Assembly: GCF_006345805.1 (NCBI RefSeq)
Contig: NC_043014.1
Location: forward strand, 36,890,001-36,954,000
Length of the DNA: 64,000 bases
Reading direction: 5' to 3'
Source: Octopus sinensis
Lineage: Eukaryota
This document shows positions 24,480-38,535 of this stretch, piece after piece (the first letter of the stretch is position 1; each line of letters begins with the position of its first letter). A model generated the notes under the pieces. That model made no database searches. It was not told where the DNA came from and saw only the letters and a list, made by a program, of their open reading frames with translations. A program made the position numbers and the translations under genes.

Positions 24480-26100
24480 GATTTTATTTTGAAGACACCT
24501 ACATCCACCCCACGTAGGTGTCTCAGGCTTGAAGCCTAAGCTGTTGCAGTTTCTGGTCCTGTATCCTGATGGCAACATTGGGATTTTTGGTACTATGTAG
24601 TGGCACCTCATTCCGCTGTTTATGTAACTGACAATGCCGAAGTTTGGTACAAGTTCTAGGATTTTTCAGATGTATATTACTACGTATCTTTCCCGCCTTT
24701 GTTCTTGGCAGTAGGATCTTAACTTTTTCGGTCTCTCCCAGTATCTGACATGTCACACTGAGACGATCTTCTTTGCTGAATCGCCTCGAGTTCCACTGTT
24801 AATTTTACAGTTTGGAGATCACAGTTATCCAAACAGATGAGGATGAATGTCTCCAGAGGACCATCATAGTTTCCTGTCCTCTCATTCTGAAAGTTCGAAA
24901 GATCTATTCGGCCAACCGTTTGTATTTTATTGCCAACTTAATAACATGCACCTATCAAGATGCATCATTACTTATGCTGATACCCAGGTCACGCACTGAT
25001 TTTGATTCAGGGATTGTAATCCTTCCTGGGCCAATGTATCCTGTCTATTTTTCATTGAGCAGGACTTGGAATTTTCCAGCATTAAATTGCATGTTATTTT
25101 CCCCAACCCACCTGTATATTGCGTCCAACGTCTCCAAGGTTCTGTAATCTGAGAGACATTTTGTATCATCTGCAAAGCTAACGAGGGTGGCTACCTGAGC
25201 AGTTAAGAGTATGTCTGGGAGGGTCGCTATGAATAGCAGCAGCCCCAAGACAGTACCCTGTAGAACATCACTCATTATCTGTTGCCTTTAGAGGTGGCCC
25301 CGTTGGCCACTACTACCTGGCTTCTATCTTTTAGAAAGTCATGTAACCATTCTCAAGTCTTCCAACTATGCTAAGATTGCACAGCTTGTGACACATCAAC
25401 CCATGGTCAAATTTGTCAAAGGCTTTTACAAAGTTAAGATATATCACATCCACATTTGTGTTGTTGAGCAGCTGCTTTAAAACCCAGTCATAGTTCAGCA
25501 AGAGCTGTGTTAGGTAGCTCCTACCTACTCAAAAACCATGCTAGTCAGCAAATCATTCTCTTCAAGGATTGCAATTAATTTCCTTCAGACTATTCATTCC
25601 ATGACTTTGCTGATGTGAGAGGTCAATGAGATAGGCCTATAACTTTTAGGATCTGCTCTGCTTCCTCCGTTATGAATAGAGCATGGTTTGCCCAGGGGCT
25701 TACTATTTGCAAGCTCTGAAAAAGAAGCTGCAGTGGTTTTGTGAGGACTTGGCCACATGACTTGAGAAGGATTGCCGAGAATCCATCAGGACCAGCAACT
25801 GAGTTAGCATCTACATCATTTATTGCCAGTATTACATCTGCTTCTGTAGTGATAAAAAATTCTATACATTTGCTAAGTTATATGTACCATAAGGGTGGGG
25901 GTGAAGACACTTTTGAATTGTCCATTCAGTGTTTCACTTATCCTCGAGTGGTCCAACCTTGCAATGCACAGAATTTCAGATATTTCTCAATCTCCAGCAG
26001 TGTTGTTTCTAGTGGGGAATTTTCACTGCCATTCAGTTCTCTGTTGAGGCAGCTTGCAATCTTTGTACACACCCTCTTGTAAGAACTTTTCTCACCCTGG
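24480..26100 (-). mobile_element. CR1/L2-type LINE, degraded RT region
   Basis: QGTVLGLLLF, SFADDTK, WVGENNMQFNAGKFQVL; many stops and frameshifts. Confidence 0.85.
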
Positions 26101-27240
26101 GAATCTTGTTTTTAAGTATAGTGGCCTTTCTGTCTGAGACAAAATTATAGTATATGGCCTGCATTATGGACATGTAAGTTTTTAATTTCATGTTGATATC
26201 AGGTGTAGAGAGACATTGGGACTAGTCCTGTTTGGTGATCTCTTAAGTGATTTCCAGTTTCCTTTGAAGTACTTCAGATTGTGGTATGTTTGAGAAAAGA
26301 CAAATGCATCATTTATGTGATGCTGGAAAGTCATAACTCTCAACATGTCTCACACAAGCAAATTTGAATGAAAAGTCTTCTACAAATATCTCAGACGTTC
26401 CATAATCCATCAGTGCATTGAATGTATAACAAGAAAGTACTTACTTGGAGAAATACATACATATACCATGATCTGAATTTAGCATATTCTGTACAGAAAA
26501 ATACATTCATTTTTGTCAGTTCAAAACATTAACAGAAGAAATATATTCAAAGTTAAAATATATAACAAAATTCTTTTATTTATAAAATTCAGTCATTCAA
26601 TGCCAAATACACAGTGTGTAATATAAAATTTTTATTTACACATGCTGGAGAGAGGAAAAAAATTTAAGGAGCCATTTTAAAGTCCGTGGAATGATAGATC
26701 ACAAATTATCACTTTGTAGAAGAAAAAGACCTTTATCTAACCCAATACCAAGAACCTAAAAGAGTTAGAATAAATAAAAAGTATACAGTGATTTGCATGA
26801 GAGTAATTTTACTATAATTGGGACTTCTCTATCAATTAGCAATCTGATGTGTATAGAAAGGTATAAAAAAAAAAAACACAAAAAAGAACCCAAATATTGT
26901 AATAAAAAAATGGAGAGAAAAAATACCTTATGATTAAGAATTGTTAGCAATTAAAAATAATAAATGCTGTAAGCTAACTAATATAAGAAATAGAACACAA
27001 TAGCAGTAACCACTCATACATGTAGATAAATGCTCATCAAACACAGATTATCCATTATCACATTTTAAATCCCATTCTCTGTCATACAAATGAAAAATCC
27101 TTTCAATACCAAAAGCTTTCACTTGACAGTAACAGGGATTAATCCCAGGAATTGACATAAACAAAGACAGATGTCTGCATTTGTGATTCAAAATATGTTG
27201 GTTTCAAATATAACATATACATACATACACACACACACAC

Positions 27241-27295
<55 letters not shown>

Positions 27296-27842
27296 TTTTT
27301 GACAACGGGTGTAACAAATATTGTGTATTGTTATTGAAAAAAATTGTTGGAGAGAGAGATTTAAAAGCAATATACAAATTTAAGAGTATCACCAATGTCT
27401 TTTTCCTCTCTTAGATATCATGTCTCATCAGTCACACCTCATGAAGAAAGTGAACAGAACACTGTTTATTTTTGAGGTTTTTTTTTTTCTAAATCAGTAA
27501 TTCATTGAAATTTTGGTGTATGTGGTTGAGAGAGAGGGAGAGAGAGATAGAGAGACAGACAAGAGAGACAGATAGAGAGACAGGTAAGAGAGACAGACAG
27601 AAAGAAAGGTATAGGAAGAACTTACACAAACAAAGAATACACATTGATACATGGTCAGTCAGAAACAATATGAAAGAATTCAAGAGAAATGTATGTTGAA
27701 TGAAAGAGGGATAATTCCATGGAACAATCCATAAGCAGCAATTTTGGAATAGCTTGACAGCCAACAATTAAACATTATTCAGTTTCAATCTCAACCTTAC
27801 AATTCTGGTAATATACTTTTTTTTAAATATGCTATTTTGTTT

Positions 27843-27958
27843 TTATAATTTCTTTTTATTATTTTTTGCATAATGTTCAAGTAGATGTTTCTTGTATGCT
27901 TCTTGGTCTGACCAAAGTTCAGCAGCGTAAGAATTCAAAGGACTGTCGTTATTAGGTT
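27843..27958 (-). CDS. UBE2C: Ubiquitin-conjugating enzyme E2 C, exon 5 (terminal)
   Basis: Acceptor ttatttttgcAG; phase 1; EPNNDSPLNSYAAELWSDQEAYKKHLLEHYAKNNKKKL*. Confidence 0.93.
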
Positions 27959-30304
27959 CTGCAAAAATAAAAATAAAAATTTTTTAAAAGAAGAGGAGAG
28001 AGAGAGATAATTGTTTGATAACAGAACTACTTAATGCAGTATTTCTCAACCATATTTTACCTATGGATCCCTTTGATTCTTATTTTACTCAAATGGACCC
28101 TCAAACATTTGATGACTAAAAAAATCCTTTTATGTGTTTAGAATAAAATATTAGGAAATGTATTGAAAAAATATTAAAATCTGTGTATTTTAGAAATATA
28201 ACCAATTTATTTCACATAAATTTTAAAAAATCTTATAAGGGCTCCTGCTAAGAACCAATGATTAAACATATGTATAAAATTCACTGTTATATACCTCCAA
28301 AAATATATAGCCTGAAAAGTACTTTTGTAATCACAGAGAACAGTATTTTTAATTTTAAAAATTTGTACAATTGAGGCTTGAAGTAAAGTAGTAGGGAGTC
28401 GTTTTATAACACTTTTAGTAGCCATACTGGAGCTCTACCTTCCACATAGGGAAGATTATATCAATCCCAATATTTGTGCAGCACAACGGTATTGTAAAAA
28501 AGGCCTAGCCCCTTGTGGGTAGTAAAGAAATAGGTATTTCCTCTGTCGTTATGCTCTATCCATTTGTCCTCTGTGTTTAGCCCCTTTGTGGGTAGTAAAG
28601 AAATAGGTATTTCGTCTGTCGTTACGTTCTATCCATTTGTCTGTCCTTGTTTGTCCTCTCTGTGTTTAGCTCCTTGTGAGTAGTAAAGAAATAGGTATTG
28701 TAAAAAAGGGGGAAATAACTTTTCTTAAGCCAAAGTCTTATTTTTGCCTTATTTCATTTTATAAGGTTAGTCGGATACACGTCACTCGAACTGTAACACT
28801 ATAAACAATACAAGCAGAATGAATATTTTACAGTATCCAGATGTTGGAGCTTCACTATTCTAAGTTTAAATTCCCACTATGGTCCATTCTGCTTTTTGCC
28901 ATAACCTCGTGGCCTATGCCAGGAGTGTAACCAGCCCATTTATGCGAACCTTTCCTTCATTGGACACTAAACTCTGCTTGCGAAGACTGTTGAGGCAAGT
29001 GAAATCGAAATCAAATTCGATGATTGGCATCCGTGCTAGTGGAGCACTAAGAGTACCGTCCAAGCGTGATCGTTGCCAGAGCAACAAATTGGCTTCCATG
29101 CCAGTGGCACGTAAAAAGCACCATTCAAGCGTGATCATTACTTGCATCACTTTATTGGCACTTGTGCTGGAGGCACATGAAAAAACATTCGATTTCAGTC
29201 CCACTAGATGCAACCTTCGGCAAATATCTTCTATTATAGCCTCATGACAACAGCTAAACTGGAAGACAGTGAAGATAGGTGCTTCTGCCATCATACAGAG
29301 GAAGTTTATTAAGGTGGTACTCATGGAATTGGTTCCCTGTCATATCTGACAGTAGACCATGACCAATCATTTACACAGAGACGCTGTGCAAGAGGGGGTG
29401 TAACAAGAAGCAGGGCTTCAAGAAATTCAAATTACCCTAAGACTGGTGACCTGCTCTGAATGTTTGAATTATTAAACTCTACTTAAAACATCAAGAACCA
29501 ATTGGTAGCATTTGGATGGATTAGTTCTAATCACCAGCAGTCAAGATGTCGCTAAAGTAACAGAACCATCTAGATTGAATGAGAAAGGACAGTTGAACAT
29601 TGGTGAAAATGCGTTTCAAAAAAGAAGAAAAATACAAAATTGCAATAAGGAAGAAAGATATTTTTCTCTTTGCATATTGAACGGCTATATGAACTTTGTG
29701 CTGTAATCTTGGAGTTGTAGATTTGGAAGCTTGTGCTAATGTAATATTTCTTAGAAAAGGTTCAGTTTTAAGATGCTGGACCTTTGATTTTTGAATGAAA
29801 AAAAAAGGGTTGGCGACCACGTTATGTTAGACAAGAGACATACGAAAGGACAAACAGCACAGAATTTACTAAAATCTAATTATCCAATTTAAAAAGTAAT
29901 GGCTCAGGGTTGTTGGAACAAACTTGAAATTTTGGAACTCTGATTTAGACTACAGGGGGGAAAACAAAGCAAAACCCAAAAAAGTATAAAAAAAAAAAAA
30001 AGGAAATTGCAGCACCAGAGAAATACCTAAGGATGTGGAAATATGAGAATATCAACTACTACTTCATTCATTTTTAACACCCATATTTTCATCCTGGAAT
30101 GGGTTTGTCATAAATTATTGAATGTTTTTGTTTTTCTTTACAGCTGAAAGCCTTTTCTGTCACTAAATCTTAACCACTTTTCAAGTCAAGTTAATCTTAC
30201 TTCACTGGCCTTTGAAACTGCAAAGCTTAAAAACAACTTGTTGACAAGGAAAATGACAGCAACATCATCACCCATAACAGAGTTATTTTTTCAATAAGCA
30301 CAAA

Positions 30305-30697
30305 GGCGCAGGAGTGGCTGTTTGGTAAGTAGCTTGCTAACCAGCCACATGGTTCCGGGTTCAGTCCCACTGCATGGCATCTTGGGCAAGTGTCTTCTAC
30401 TATAGCCGGGCTGACCAATGCCTTGTGAGTGGATTTGGTAGACGGAAACTGAAAGAAGCCTGTCGTATATATGTATATATATATGTGTGTGGGTGTGTGT
30501 GTGTGTGTTTGTCCCCTAGCATTGCTTGACAACCGATGCTGGTGTGTTTATGTCCCCGTTACTTAGCGGTTCGGCAAAAGAGACCGATAGAATAAGTACT
30601 GGGCTTACAAAGAATAAGTCCGGGGGTCGATTTGCTCGACTAAAGGCGGTGCTCCAGCATGGCCGCAGTCAAATGACAGAAACAAGTAAAAGAGTAA
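30305..30697 (+). mobile_element. tRNA-derived SINE (GGAGTGGCTGTGTGG family)
   Basis: Full-length copy in UBE2C intron 4. Confidence 0.85.
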
Positions 30698-31509
30698 AAT
30701 GCAAACTCATACAAACATCATAATTTCTATGCCCACCGTTTATACTAACAGGGGTTGGCTGTGCAACAAAATTTGACACAAAGGATGACCACTATAACCA
30801 CTTATGAGGACACAGTAGACAACACTTGCCCAAGATGCTGTGCAGTAGGACTGAACCTTAAACCACACAGTCAGGGATCAAACTTCTAAAACCACACAAG
30901 CGTGTCGGCAGTGGATCTCGGTAATTCACAACTCTAGATACTCTTAATCTCTGTAGGTAATGGTACTATATACGTAAGGTGGCAAAACCAGAAGAAATTA
31001 TGAACATCCTCGTTAGGCACGGGAGTGGTTCTGTGTTAAGAAGCTTGCTTCCCGGCCACATAGTTCCAGGTTAAGTCCCACTACATGGCACCTTCAGCAA
31101 GTGCCTCAGGCCAATCACAATCTTATGAGTGGATTTGGTACACAGAAACTGAAAGGAACCTATCGTGTGCGTGTATGTGTGCGCACGTGTTTGTTCCAAC
31201 GACCAACAGACAACCAGTGTTGGTGAGTTTACATCCCCATAACTTGTCAGTTCAGCAAAAGAGACCAATACAATAAGTACCAGGTTTAAGGAAAAAAAAA
31301 AGATAAATACTGGGGGGTCGATTCATTCAACTAAAATTCTCCAAAACGGTACTTCAGAACAGCTGCACTAACAAGTAAAAGATCATATTTATGAGATTGT
31401 ATACTAAATTTGGTTTTTTGCATGAGGTGATGAGTAAAGATGAGATTCAGTTATGACTGTTCACATGTTTAAATAAGACAAGTTGTAGAATTACATGATG
31501 ATAAGTTAC

Positions 31510-31714
31510 CTCCAAGTAAGCTTTGAATTGACAGAAGAATAGTTCGCACATCATATAACGCTGACCATTTCTCCTTCAGTATATCCAAACAGATATTACC
31601 ACGTTCATCAACATTTGGATGGAAACACCCGGTATCAAACTTAACTGATGGTGCCTGATATGGGTAACCGCTTGGAAATTGCAACACTAATTTAAACCGT
31701 AATCCATCATAGAC
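31510..31714 (-). CDS. UBE2C: UBE2C exon 4 (205 nt) with catalytic Cys
   Basis: AG/GT boundaries; [57 protein letters not shown]; Cys codon 31589-31591. Confidence 0.97.
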
Positions 31715-31808
31715 CTGGAAAAAGTTATGAGATATAAAAGAGAAAAATTGTATCAGTATCAGGACAGCAATAAAACATCTCCAACCAGTCAACATTATGA
31801 CAATAGTT

Positions 31809-32188
31809 GGATCTTTTCAGTTTGAACGGCAGTTTTTTACATAATTTCTAGGCAACTAAAAAATTTTAAACTTCGTATACTGGTAGAATGTGTTTATAAA
31901 ACATCTTTTTCTCTTGGCTTTATTGAGAAAATTCTATAGTTTGTAAGATATTTTCTTCAATTTCAACCAATCAGTGACGTATTTGAGGTGAAAACATTGT
32001 GCCGTATGAATATGTCCCTTGTTTAAGAAACAGATTGGGTTTATTTACATTTCTGAAGAAAAAAGATACCCCCCCCCCAACCCTAAAACAGATTGAAATG
32101 CAATAGATCGATACTAGGTTCATAATTATGGGTGACAATTTCATATGACACCGCTAGAAAAAACTTGCCGTTCAAACCGAAAAGATCC
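31809..32188. mobile_element. Merlin-type MITE (same family as 21113)
   Basis: GGATC TIRs; 8-bp TSD CAATAGTT on both sides. Confidence 0.8.
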
Positions 32189-32300
32189 CAATAGTTAATT
32201 AGGAATCAAACCGTACTAAGTTGAGTTTCCTTCTACTTTCTTTTTTCTTTTTTTTAATTCATAAAAATATAATTTAATTTGTGAAAACATTTTCCTTCAA

Positions 32301-32518
32301 CCCTTTAGCATTTAAACCAGCCAAATCCAGACTAAACACTGCCTGTTTTATGTTGAAATTAGCTCAATCTGACCTCTCATACTTACTCTACAACGTCATT
32401 TTAAAAATAAACAATCACATTATTGAAATCTCAAAGCTACAAGATAATGTATGACTAATACAAAATAATGTGACAAAATAAGCGTTACATTTGACAGAGT
32501 AACCTGAATGCTAAAGGG
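32301..32518. mobile_element. piggyBac-type MITE
   Basis: TIR CCCTTTAGCATT / AATGCTAAAGGG; flanks TCAA and TTAA. Confidence 0.75.
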
Positions 32519-33153
32519 TTAAAATTATAATTTGGAGCAAGAATACATTTGTATGTATTTTTATTTGGCAGCTTCCTGCTAAGTAGTACTCATTTCTTAA
32601 AGTACACTTTCTCGGTTATTGTGGGTAGGTTGTTTTGGACAATATCAATTGCTTTTGCCGATAGAAGTCCCAACTGTGAATTAAGAATACAACTTAGTAC
32701 GAGGTCAGCAAGTGCCATGACTGAATTAAGACTACAAGTTAGTGCCAGATTATTTCCAAACACGTAGTCTAATAATGAAAGATTGTTTAACAATGTTTAG
32801 TAATTTCCTAAACTTCCACCCTCCTCAGATCAATATTTTTGAAGAATTCTAAGGTAACATGCTGGCAGAATTGTTAGCATGCCTCACAAGAAGCTTAACA
32901 GAATTCCGTCTGTCTTTACATTCTGATTTCAAATTCCACCAAGGTCAACTTTGCCTGTCATCCTTTCAGAAATAAAATAAGTACCAGTTGGGCACTGGGG
33001 TCATACTCCCTCCCCAAGAATTGCCGTGACAAAATTTGAAATCAATATATTGAAGAAGTCTACATCCGACACTTTTCAGACATGGCCCATTCAACGCTAG
33101 TTACTCCTTTTGTATCAAATTCCCATCCTGTTTCACTCAGTTTTTACCTAGAG

Positions 33154-33347
33154 CAGTGCTTTTCAAACTTTTTGCTGGAGTGGAACCCCAAGAAAACATT
33201 CCACTGGCTCGAGGAGCCCCTAATTTAAAAGTCTTATGCACACATATCTGCACAGGAGAATTAAAAATTACTGCCGATTTTAGCAGTTTTGTAACTTCTT
33301 GAGGAACCCCTAGACTGTACTGGCGGAACCCTTGTTGAAAACCACTG
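33154..33347. mobile_element. hAT (Charlie-like) MITE
   Basis: TIR CAGTG.TTTTCAA; 8-bp TSD ACCTAGAG on both sides. Confidence 0.88.
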
Positions 33348-34826
33348 ACCTAGAGAGATATTCCTCCATATCAACAGCTTACACCATTTGTTTGTATTAA
33401 TTACACTATTTTTGTTTGACCACTTGGTATATATCTAACAAAACCATTTCTTGAATATGAGACGTTTTGGCACTGCCTATTTGGCATAGTTAAATCAACA
33501 CCGACTTATTTGACATCAGCTGTATTAATGTTTCTCTCATTCTCTCCCTCTGTTATATGTGTAAGCCTCTAGCTATGTTTGTAAGTATGTGTATTGTTTC
33601 TCTCCCTCCCCCTATTTGTATATTTTTGCAAGCTCCCATTTATATGTGTGTACATGTTTGCCTGCAGTGGCAAAGCATATAGTTGCCAAGACAAGTTGAC
33701 TATCCAGTCAGCTGTGCCAAATTGTCAGCGTCCAGACAGCTGTACCCATTCATTTCATTCTACTATTTCCTCATGTTAATGGGATTTAGCAGTCCTTGCT
33801 TCCACAAATCCAACATATAACTGGGATAAGCCATTTTGAGTTTTGAATTCCTGATCTTCAACAGAGTTTAAAATAGTTTTTTTATTGACATACAAAAAAG
33901 TGATGGTATACAAAAATGCAATCTAATATACCAGATAGAAAACAATTTTTTTCCTTGTTCAAAATTATTCCCAGTATTGCCCCAGACATGTCTGCCACTA
34001 CTTTACCTAGCCAATCTACAAGAGAGCTGCTGATATGTTATACTGGTGGTGTAGCAGTTACCTCAATAAAAATTCATGGTTGCAATTTGAGTTGAAGTTA
34101 TTCTGCCACTTTCTTAGGGTTGTTCCATAGTTCCAGTATACTGAGATTAATAGGATTATGCTATCCTCACAATTACATTGATAAACCAGAACTGTTGATG
34201 CATTTTGTTCAGTAAATCTAACTTATCACCGGGTGGGAAAAAATACAATGCAGAAATTTATTATTTGAGAGGGAAAAATTTAGCTAAACTGAAGCAAAGT
34301 CCAATAAAAATGTGGCAAGAACTAATTAGTGTCCATATCTGACCTTTTTGTTTCAGTCATTGGACAGCAGCCATGCTGGAGCATGCTTTGAAGGGTTTAG
34401 TCAAACAAATCAACCCCAGTGCTTATTCTAAGTTTGGCCCTTTTCCCAAACTGCCAAGTCACAGCGATGTAAACAAACCAACAATGGTTGTCAGGTGACT
34501 AACTGGCAGGAGGCAAAGACACACAAATATATACAATGGGCCTGCACATAGTTTCTGTCTACCAAATTCATTTACAAGGCATTAGTTGGTCCAGGGCTAT
34601 AGTAAAAGACACTTGCCCAAAGTGCTCACTGCACAGTGGAACTGAACCGAAAGCCATGTGGTTAGAAAGCGAGTTTCTTAACTACACGGTAATACTTGCA
34701 CCTGCATATATATTTCACAGATGACAAGAAATAGGACACTGATACTATACATCTCAGACTTTTCTAGTTTATTCCAGCATGGAAAAACACAGGACAAAAA
34801 TGAATGACACTGAATATTTCAATTAC

Positions 34827-34913
34827 CGTTCCAGGAGCACCTTCTATTGTTCCAATCCATTTGAAGACGTTATCTCCATCAGGAAATGCCGATACTCGAT
34901 TATCACCAGAAGA
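34827..34913 (-). CDS. UBE2C: UBE2C exon 3 (87 nt)
   Basis: ttgcAG / GTAATT; SSGDNRVSAFPDGDNVFKWIGTIEGAPGT. Confidence 0.96.
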
Positions 34914-35049
34914 CTGCAATGATAGAAATTTGAAAGCAATTAAAGGAAGTAAGAGCAAGCTATTGTTAGCTTGAAACAATATTTTGACAATCTAATACAC
35001 ACACACATACACAAACATATACATAATATTAAACAGTTATATATCTTAT

Positions 35050-35280
35050 TTCTTTATTGCCCACAAGGGGCTAAACATAGAGGGGACAAACAAGGACAGA
35101 CAAAGGGATTAAGTTGATCAGATCAACCTCAGTGCGTAACTGGTACTTAATTTATCGACCCCGAAAGGATGAAAGGCAAAGATGACCTCAGAGGAATTTG
35201 AACTCAGAACGTAGAGACAGACGAAATACAGCTAAGCATTTCGCCTGGCATTCTAATATTTCTGCCAGCTCGCCGCCTTC
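35050..35280 (-). mobile_element. CORE-type SINE
   Basis: Reverse-complement family match. Confidence 0.82.
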
Positions 35281-35889
35281 TATATATATCTGTAGGAAAG
35301 AAACTACAAAGTTACCATCTTCACATACAAAGTAGTTATTACAAGTAAAATATTAAGAATTTGAAGTTTGTTTATATAAACTGTTTTTAGCCCTGTCACT
35401 CTCCCCTATGGAATTAAAGCAACCATAACCCTATGTAAATAAGCATAATCACAGAGAGAACAGAAATAAAAGGTTCAATTTAAATGCTACTGATCCTTCA
35501 GGAGCAAGCTAAATGCAGCCTAAGAATGTAGTTAAGTCTCTGGTAACAGCAGTAGATAGAAAGTAACAAACACTGACATATAAATATATACAATAAAGTA
35601 TGTGTTAATTCTGTTTCTAATAATTCAGTTCCTATATATTCTAATATCTTTCACAATATTTTTTCTTTACATTTTGATGCAGGGTGGATGCTAAATGTCC
35701 ATGGTAATTAGAGATCCCTTCCCTGTAGTAGAATTGTTTGAAATCCGTAAAAGTTGGCACCTTTGAAAGAAAATGTAGAGAGGAAGAGATTTTCAGGCAA
35801 AGTGCATGGGATGAGGTTTTGGCTCAAGACACAGTAAGAGAAGAGTGGAGGATGCAATAGGAGTGACTGTTCTTAAATTGTATATAACG

Positions 35890-36268
35890 TAGGAGTGGCT
35901 GTGTGGTAAGTAGCTTGCTAACCAACCACATGGTTGCGGGTTCAGTCCCACTGCGTGGCATCTTGGGCAAGTGTCTTCTGCTATAGCCCCGGGCCGACCA
36001 ATGCCTTGTGAGTGGATTTGGTAGACGGAAACTGAAAGAAGCCTGTCGTATATATGTATATATATGTGTGTGTGTGTGTGTCTCCCTAGCATTGCTTGAC
36101 AACCAATGCTGGTGTGTTTATGTCCCCTTCACTTAGCGGTTCGGCAAAAGAGACCAATAGAATAAGTACTGAGCTTACAAAGAATAAGTCCCGGGGTCGA
36201 TTTGCTCGACTATAGGAGGTGCTCCAGCATGGCCGCAGTCAAATGACTGAAACAAGTAAAAGAAAAGA
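35890..36268 (+). mobile_element. tRNA-derived SINE (GGAGTGGCTGTGTGG family)
   Basis: Full-length copy. Confidence 0.85.
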
Positions 36269-36739
36269 AAGAAAGTACCATTTCAAAAGGAACAGGATAT
36301 ACAGTATCTGACTGCATATCTCAGACTATGTTGTGAACCAACAACTTTACACCTGCAGACTACGGTGGTTTGGTTACGTTGTGGTGACCCATGACAAACT
36401 CATCTGGAAGGCAACAGCACCAGATCCTTCCCTGGGTTGGCATACGCAAAGAAGTGGTCAGCTGAAGACACGGCTCACAAAAGTCAAAGTAGATATGAAG
36501 CTCATTTCTGACCCTGGAGTCTTTGGCATTTGCCGCTGTTACTTGGGAACGGCTTCAACACGCTGCAGAATCAGCCACTAACAGATGTGTTTAAACCGCT
36601 TTGACCCATGATGTGGTGAAACTAAATAGGAGCCAGCTTAACCCCTCCCAGGTGAATGCCATTACAAGACAAGAGGATATACAGTTTGGAGGAGAAAGTA
36701 ACAGACAACTACCATTCTTTGTGCACAGTATGCACTTTT

Positions 36740-37175
36740 TTCCTCGTGGCACGTAAAAGGCACCATCCGAACATGGCCGATGCCAGCGCCGCCTTGACTG
36801 GCTTCCGTGCTGGTGGCACGTTAAAAGCACCAACCAAACGTGGCCGATGCCAGTGCCGCTTTGACTGGCTTCTGTGCCAGTGGCACATTAAAAGCATCAA
36901 CCAAACGTGGCCGATGCCAGCGCCGCTTTGACTGGCTTCCATGCCGGTGGCATGTTAAAAGCACCAACCGATCGTGGCCGCTGCCAGACTCCCCTGGCAC
37001 ATAAAAAGCACCCACTACACTCGCAGTGTGGTTGGCGTTAGGAAGGGCATCCAGCCGTAGAAACACTGTCAGATCAGACTGGAGCCTGGTGCAGCCTCCT
37101 GGCTTCCCAGACCCCGGTCGAACCATCCAACCGGTGCTAGCACGGAAAACAGATGTTAAACGATGATGATGATGA
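36740..37175 (+). mobile_element. RTE-tailed SINE with about four internal 67-bp tandem units
   Basis: TGGCCGATGCCAG.. units at about 36773, 36840, 36907, 36973; (GAT)n tail. Confidence 0.78.
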
Positions 37176-37217
37176 TACTCACTAAGAACTATTCAAACAA
37201 ACAGGAATGCAACTTAC

Positions 37218-37245
37218 CAGAAGTACCATCAGTTCTTGCTGTAGT
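37218..37245 (-). CDS. UBE2C: UBE2C exon 2 (28-nt micro-exon)
   Basis: cacAG A CTA CAG CAA GAA CTG ATG GTA CTT CTG GTAAG = (R)LQQELMVLL; links exon 1 (phase 2) to exon 3 (phase 0). Confidence 0.93.
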
Positions 37246-37323
37246 CTGTGGGGTAAGAAAGAAAGAAGGAAGTTATTATGAAAATAGTTATTCTAACATT
37301 AAAATGTTCTTTTCTGTCATTAA

Positions 37324-37501
37324 CCCATTAGCATTCCAATTACTGTCAAATGTATGCTCATTTGTTGTTGCATTATCTCACAGCTTCCAGATTTTGAAAA
37401 TGCACTTATTTTTAGAATGACATTGTATAGTAGGTGTGAGAGGCCTGATCTGGCTGGATTGAACATTTGGGCCTAATATGGCCAGTTTAAATGCCAAAAG
37501 G
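37324..37501. mobile_element. piggyBac-type MITE (related to 32301, opposite orientation)
   Basis: TTAA flanks; CCCATTAGCATT / AATGCCAAAAGG ends. Confidence 0.65.
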
Positions 37502-38199
37502 TTAAGCAAACTCCACTGTTGCAAAAACAAAGCGCCATAGAGAAACATGTAGTCAATTGAATCAACCTCTTACATCCAATCAACTAGTTCTTTATTAAAT
37601 GAAAGGGAAAAGTTGGCATTTGATCTAAAAAAAATTGAAAAAAAAAAAATTTTTAATGACTAAGTTATAACCGTCCAACCTTGTGTTCTACAAAATCCTT
37701 TTCCTAATATATGCCCCAAGAATATTTTAGCATTTGTTACATTAGAATAAAGTTACTTTACTTCAGAAATATAGATATTATATACAACTGCATAGTGAAA
37801 CAAAGAGAAAGCAAGATTAGTAGAAAGAATCAACAGCTATTTCAGTGGTATGCAAGTATCCAAATTTACCAAAATTCTTTAACCTATACTTCACTAGCAC
37901 AGACAAATAAAAACATAAAAGGATTTATAAAAACAAAAAACAAAAAAAAAAAAGACTATTTTCATATCACAGGTGAACTGCCAGTTTGAAGGTATATAAC
38001 TGAAGCAGAATACTTTTCATTTGCAATCTCATAGTAACAGATGAACCAATACAACGATTACCAAACACATTGTGGCTTCAATCACCTATATATATATATT
38101 TTTTGTACATTTTTTTCTTGTGCTTGTGAACAGGTGCAATTGTGTGGTAAGTCAAAGGAAGAATTAAGAATCACTGCTCCAGACGAAAGGGAATTTAGT

Positions 38200-38535
38200 G
38201 GTGAGCTGGCAGAATCGTTAGCATGCCGGGCGAAATGCTTACCGGTATTTCGTCTGCCACTACGTTCTGAGTTCAAATTCTGCCGAGGTTGACTTTGCCT
38301 TTCATCCTTCCAGGGTCGATAAATTAAGTACCAGTTATGCACTGGGGTCGATATAATAGACTTAATCTGTTTGTCTGTCCTTGTTTGTCCTCTCTGTGTT
38401 TAGCCCCTTGTGAATAGTAAAGAAATAGGTATTTCTTCTGCCGCTACGTTCTGAGTTCAAATTCCACCGAGGTCGACTTTGCCTTTCATCCTTTCAGGGT
38501 CAATTAAGTAAGTACTAGTGGGCAGTAAAGAAATA
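38200..38535 (+). mobile_element. CORE-type SINE with partial duplicate
   Basis: Family match. Confidence 0.8.

Noticed and set aside
27395-27435. CTGATGA on the - strand in the UBE2C 3' region
   Set aside because: No stem II, stem III or stem I pairing
31469-31795. ORF-track ORF as a stand-alone E2 protein
   Set aside because: Only 31510-31714 is exonic; flanks are intron read-through past AG/GT sites
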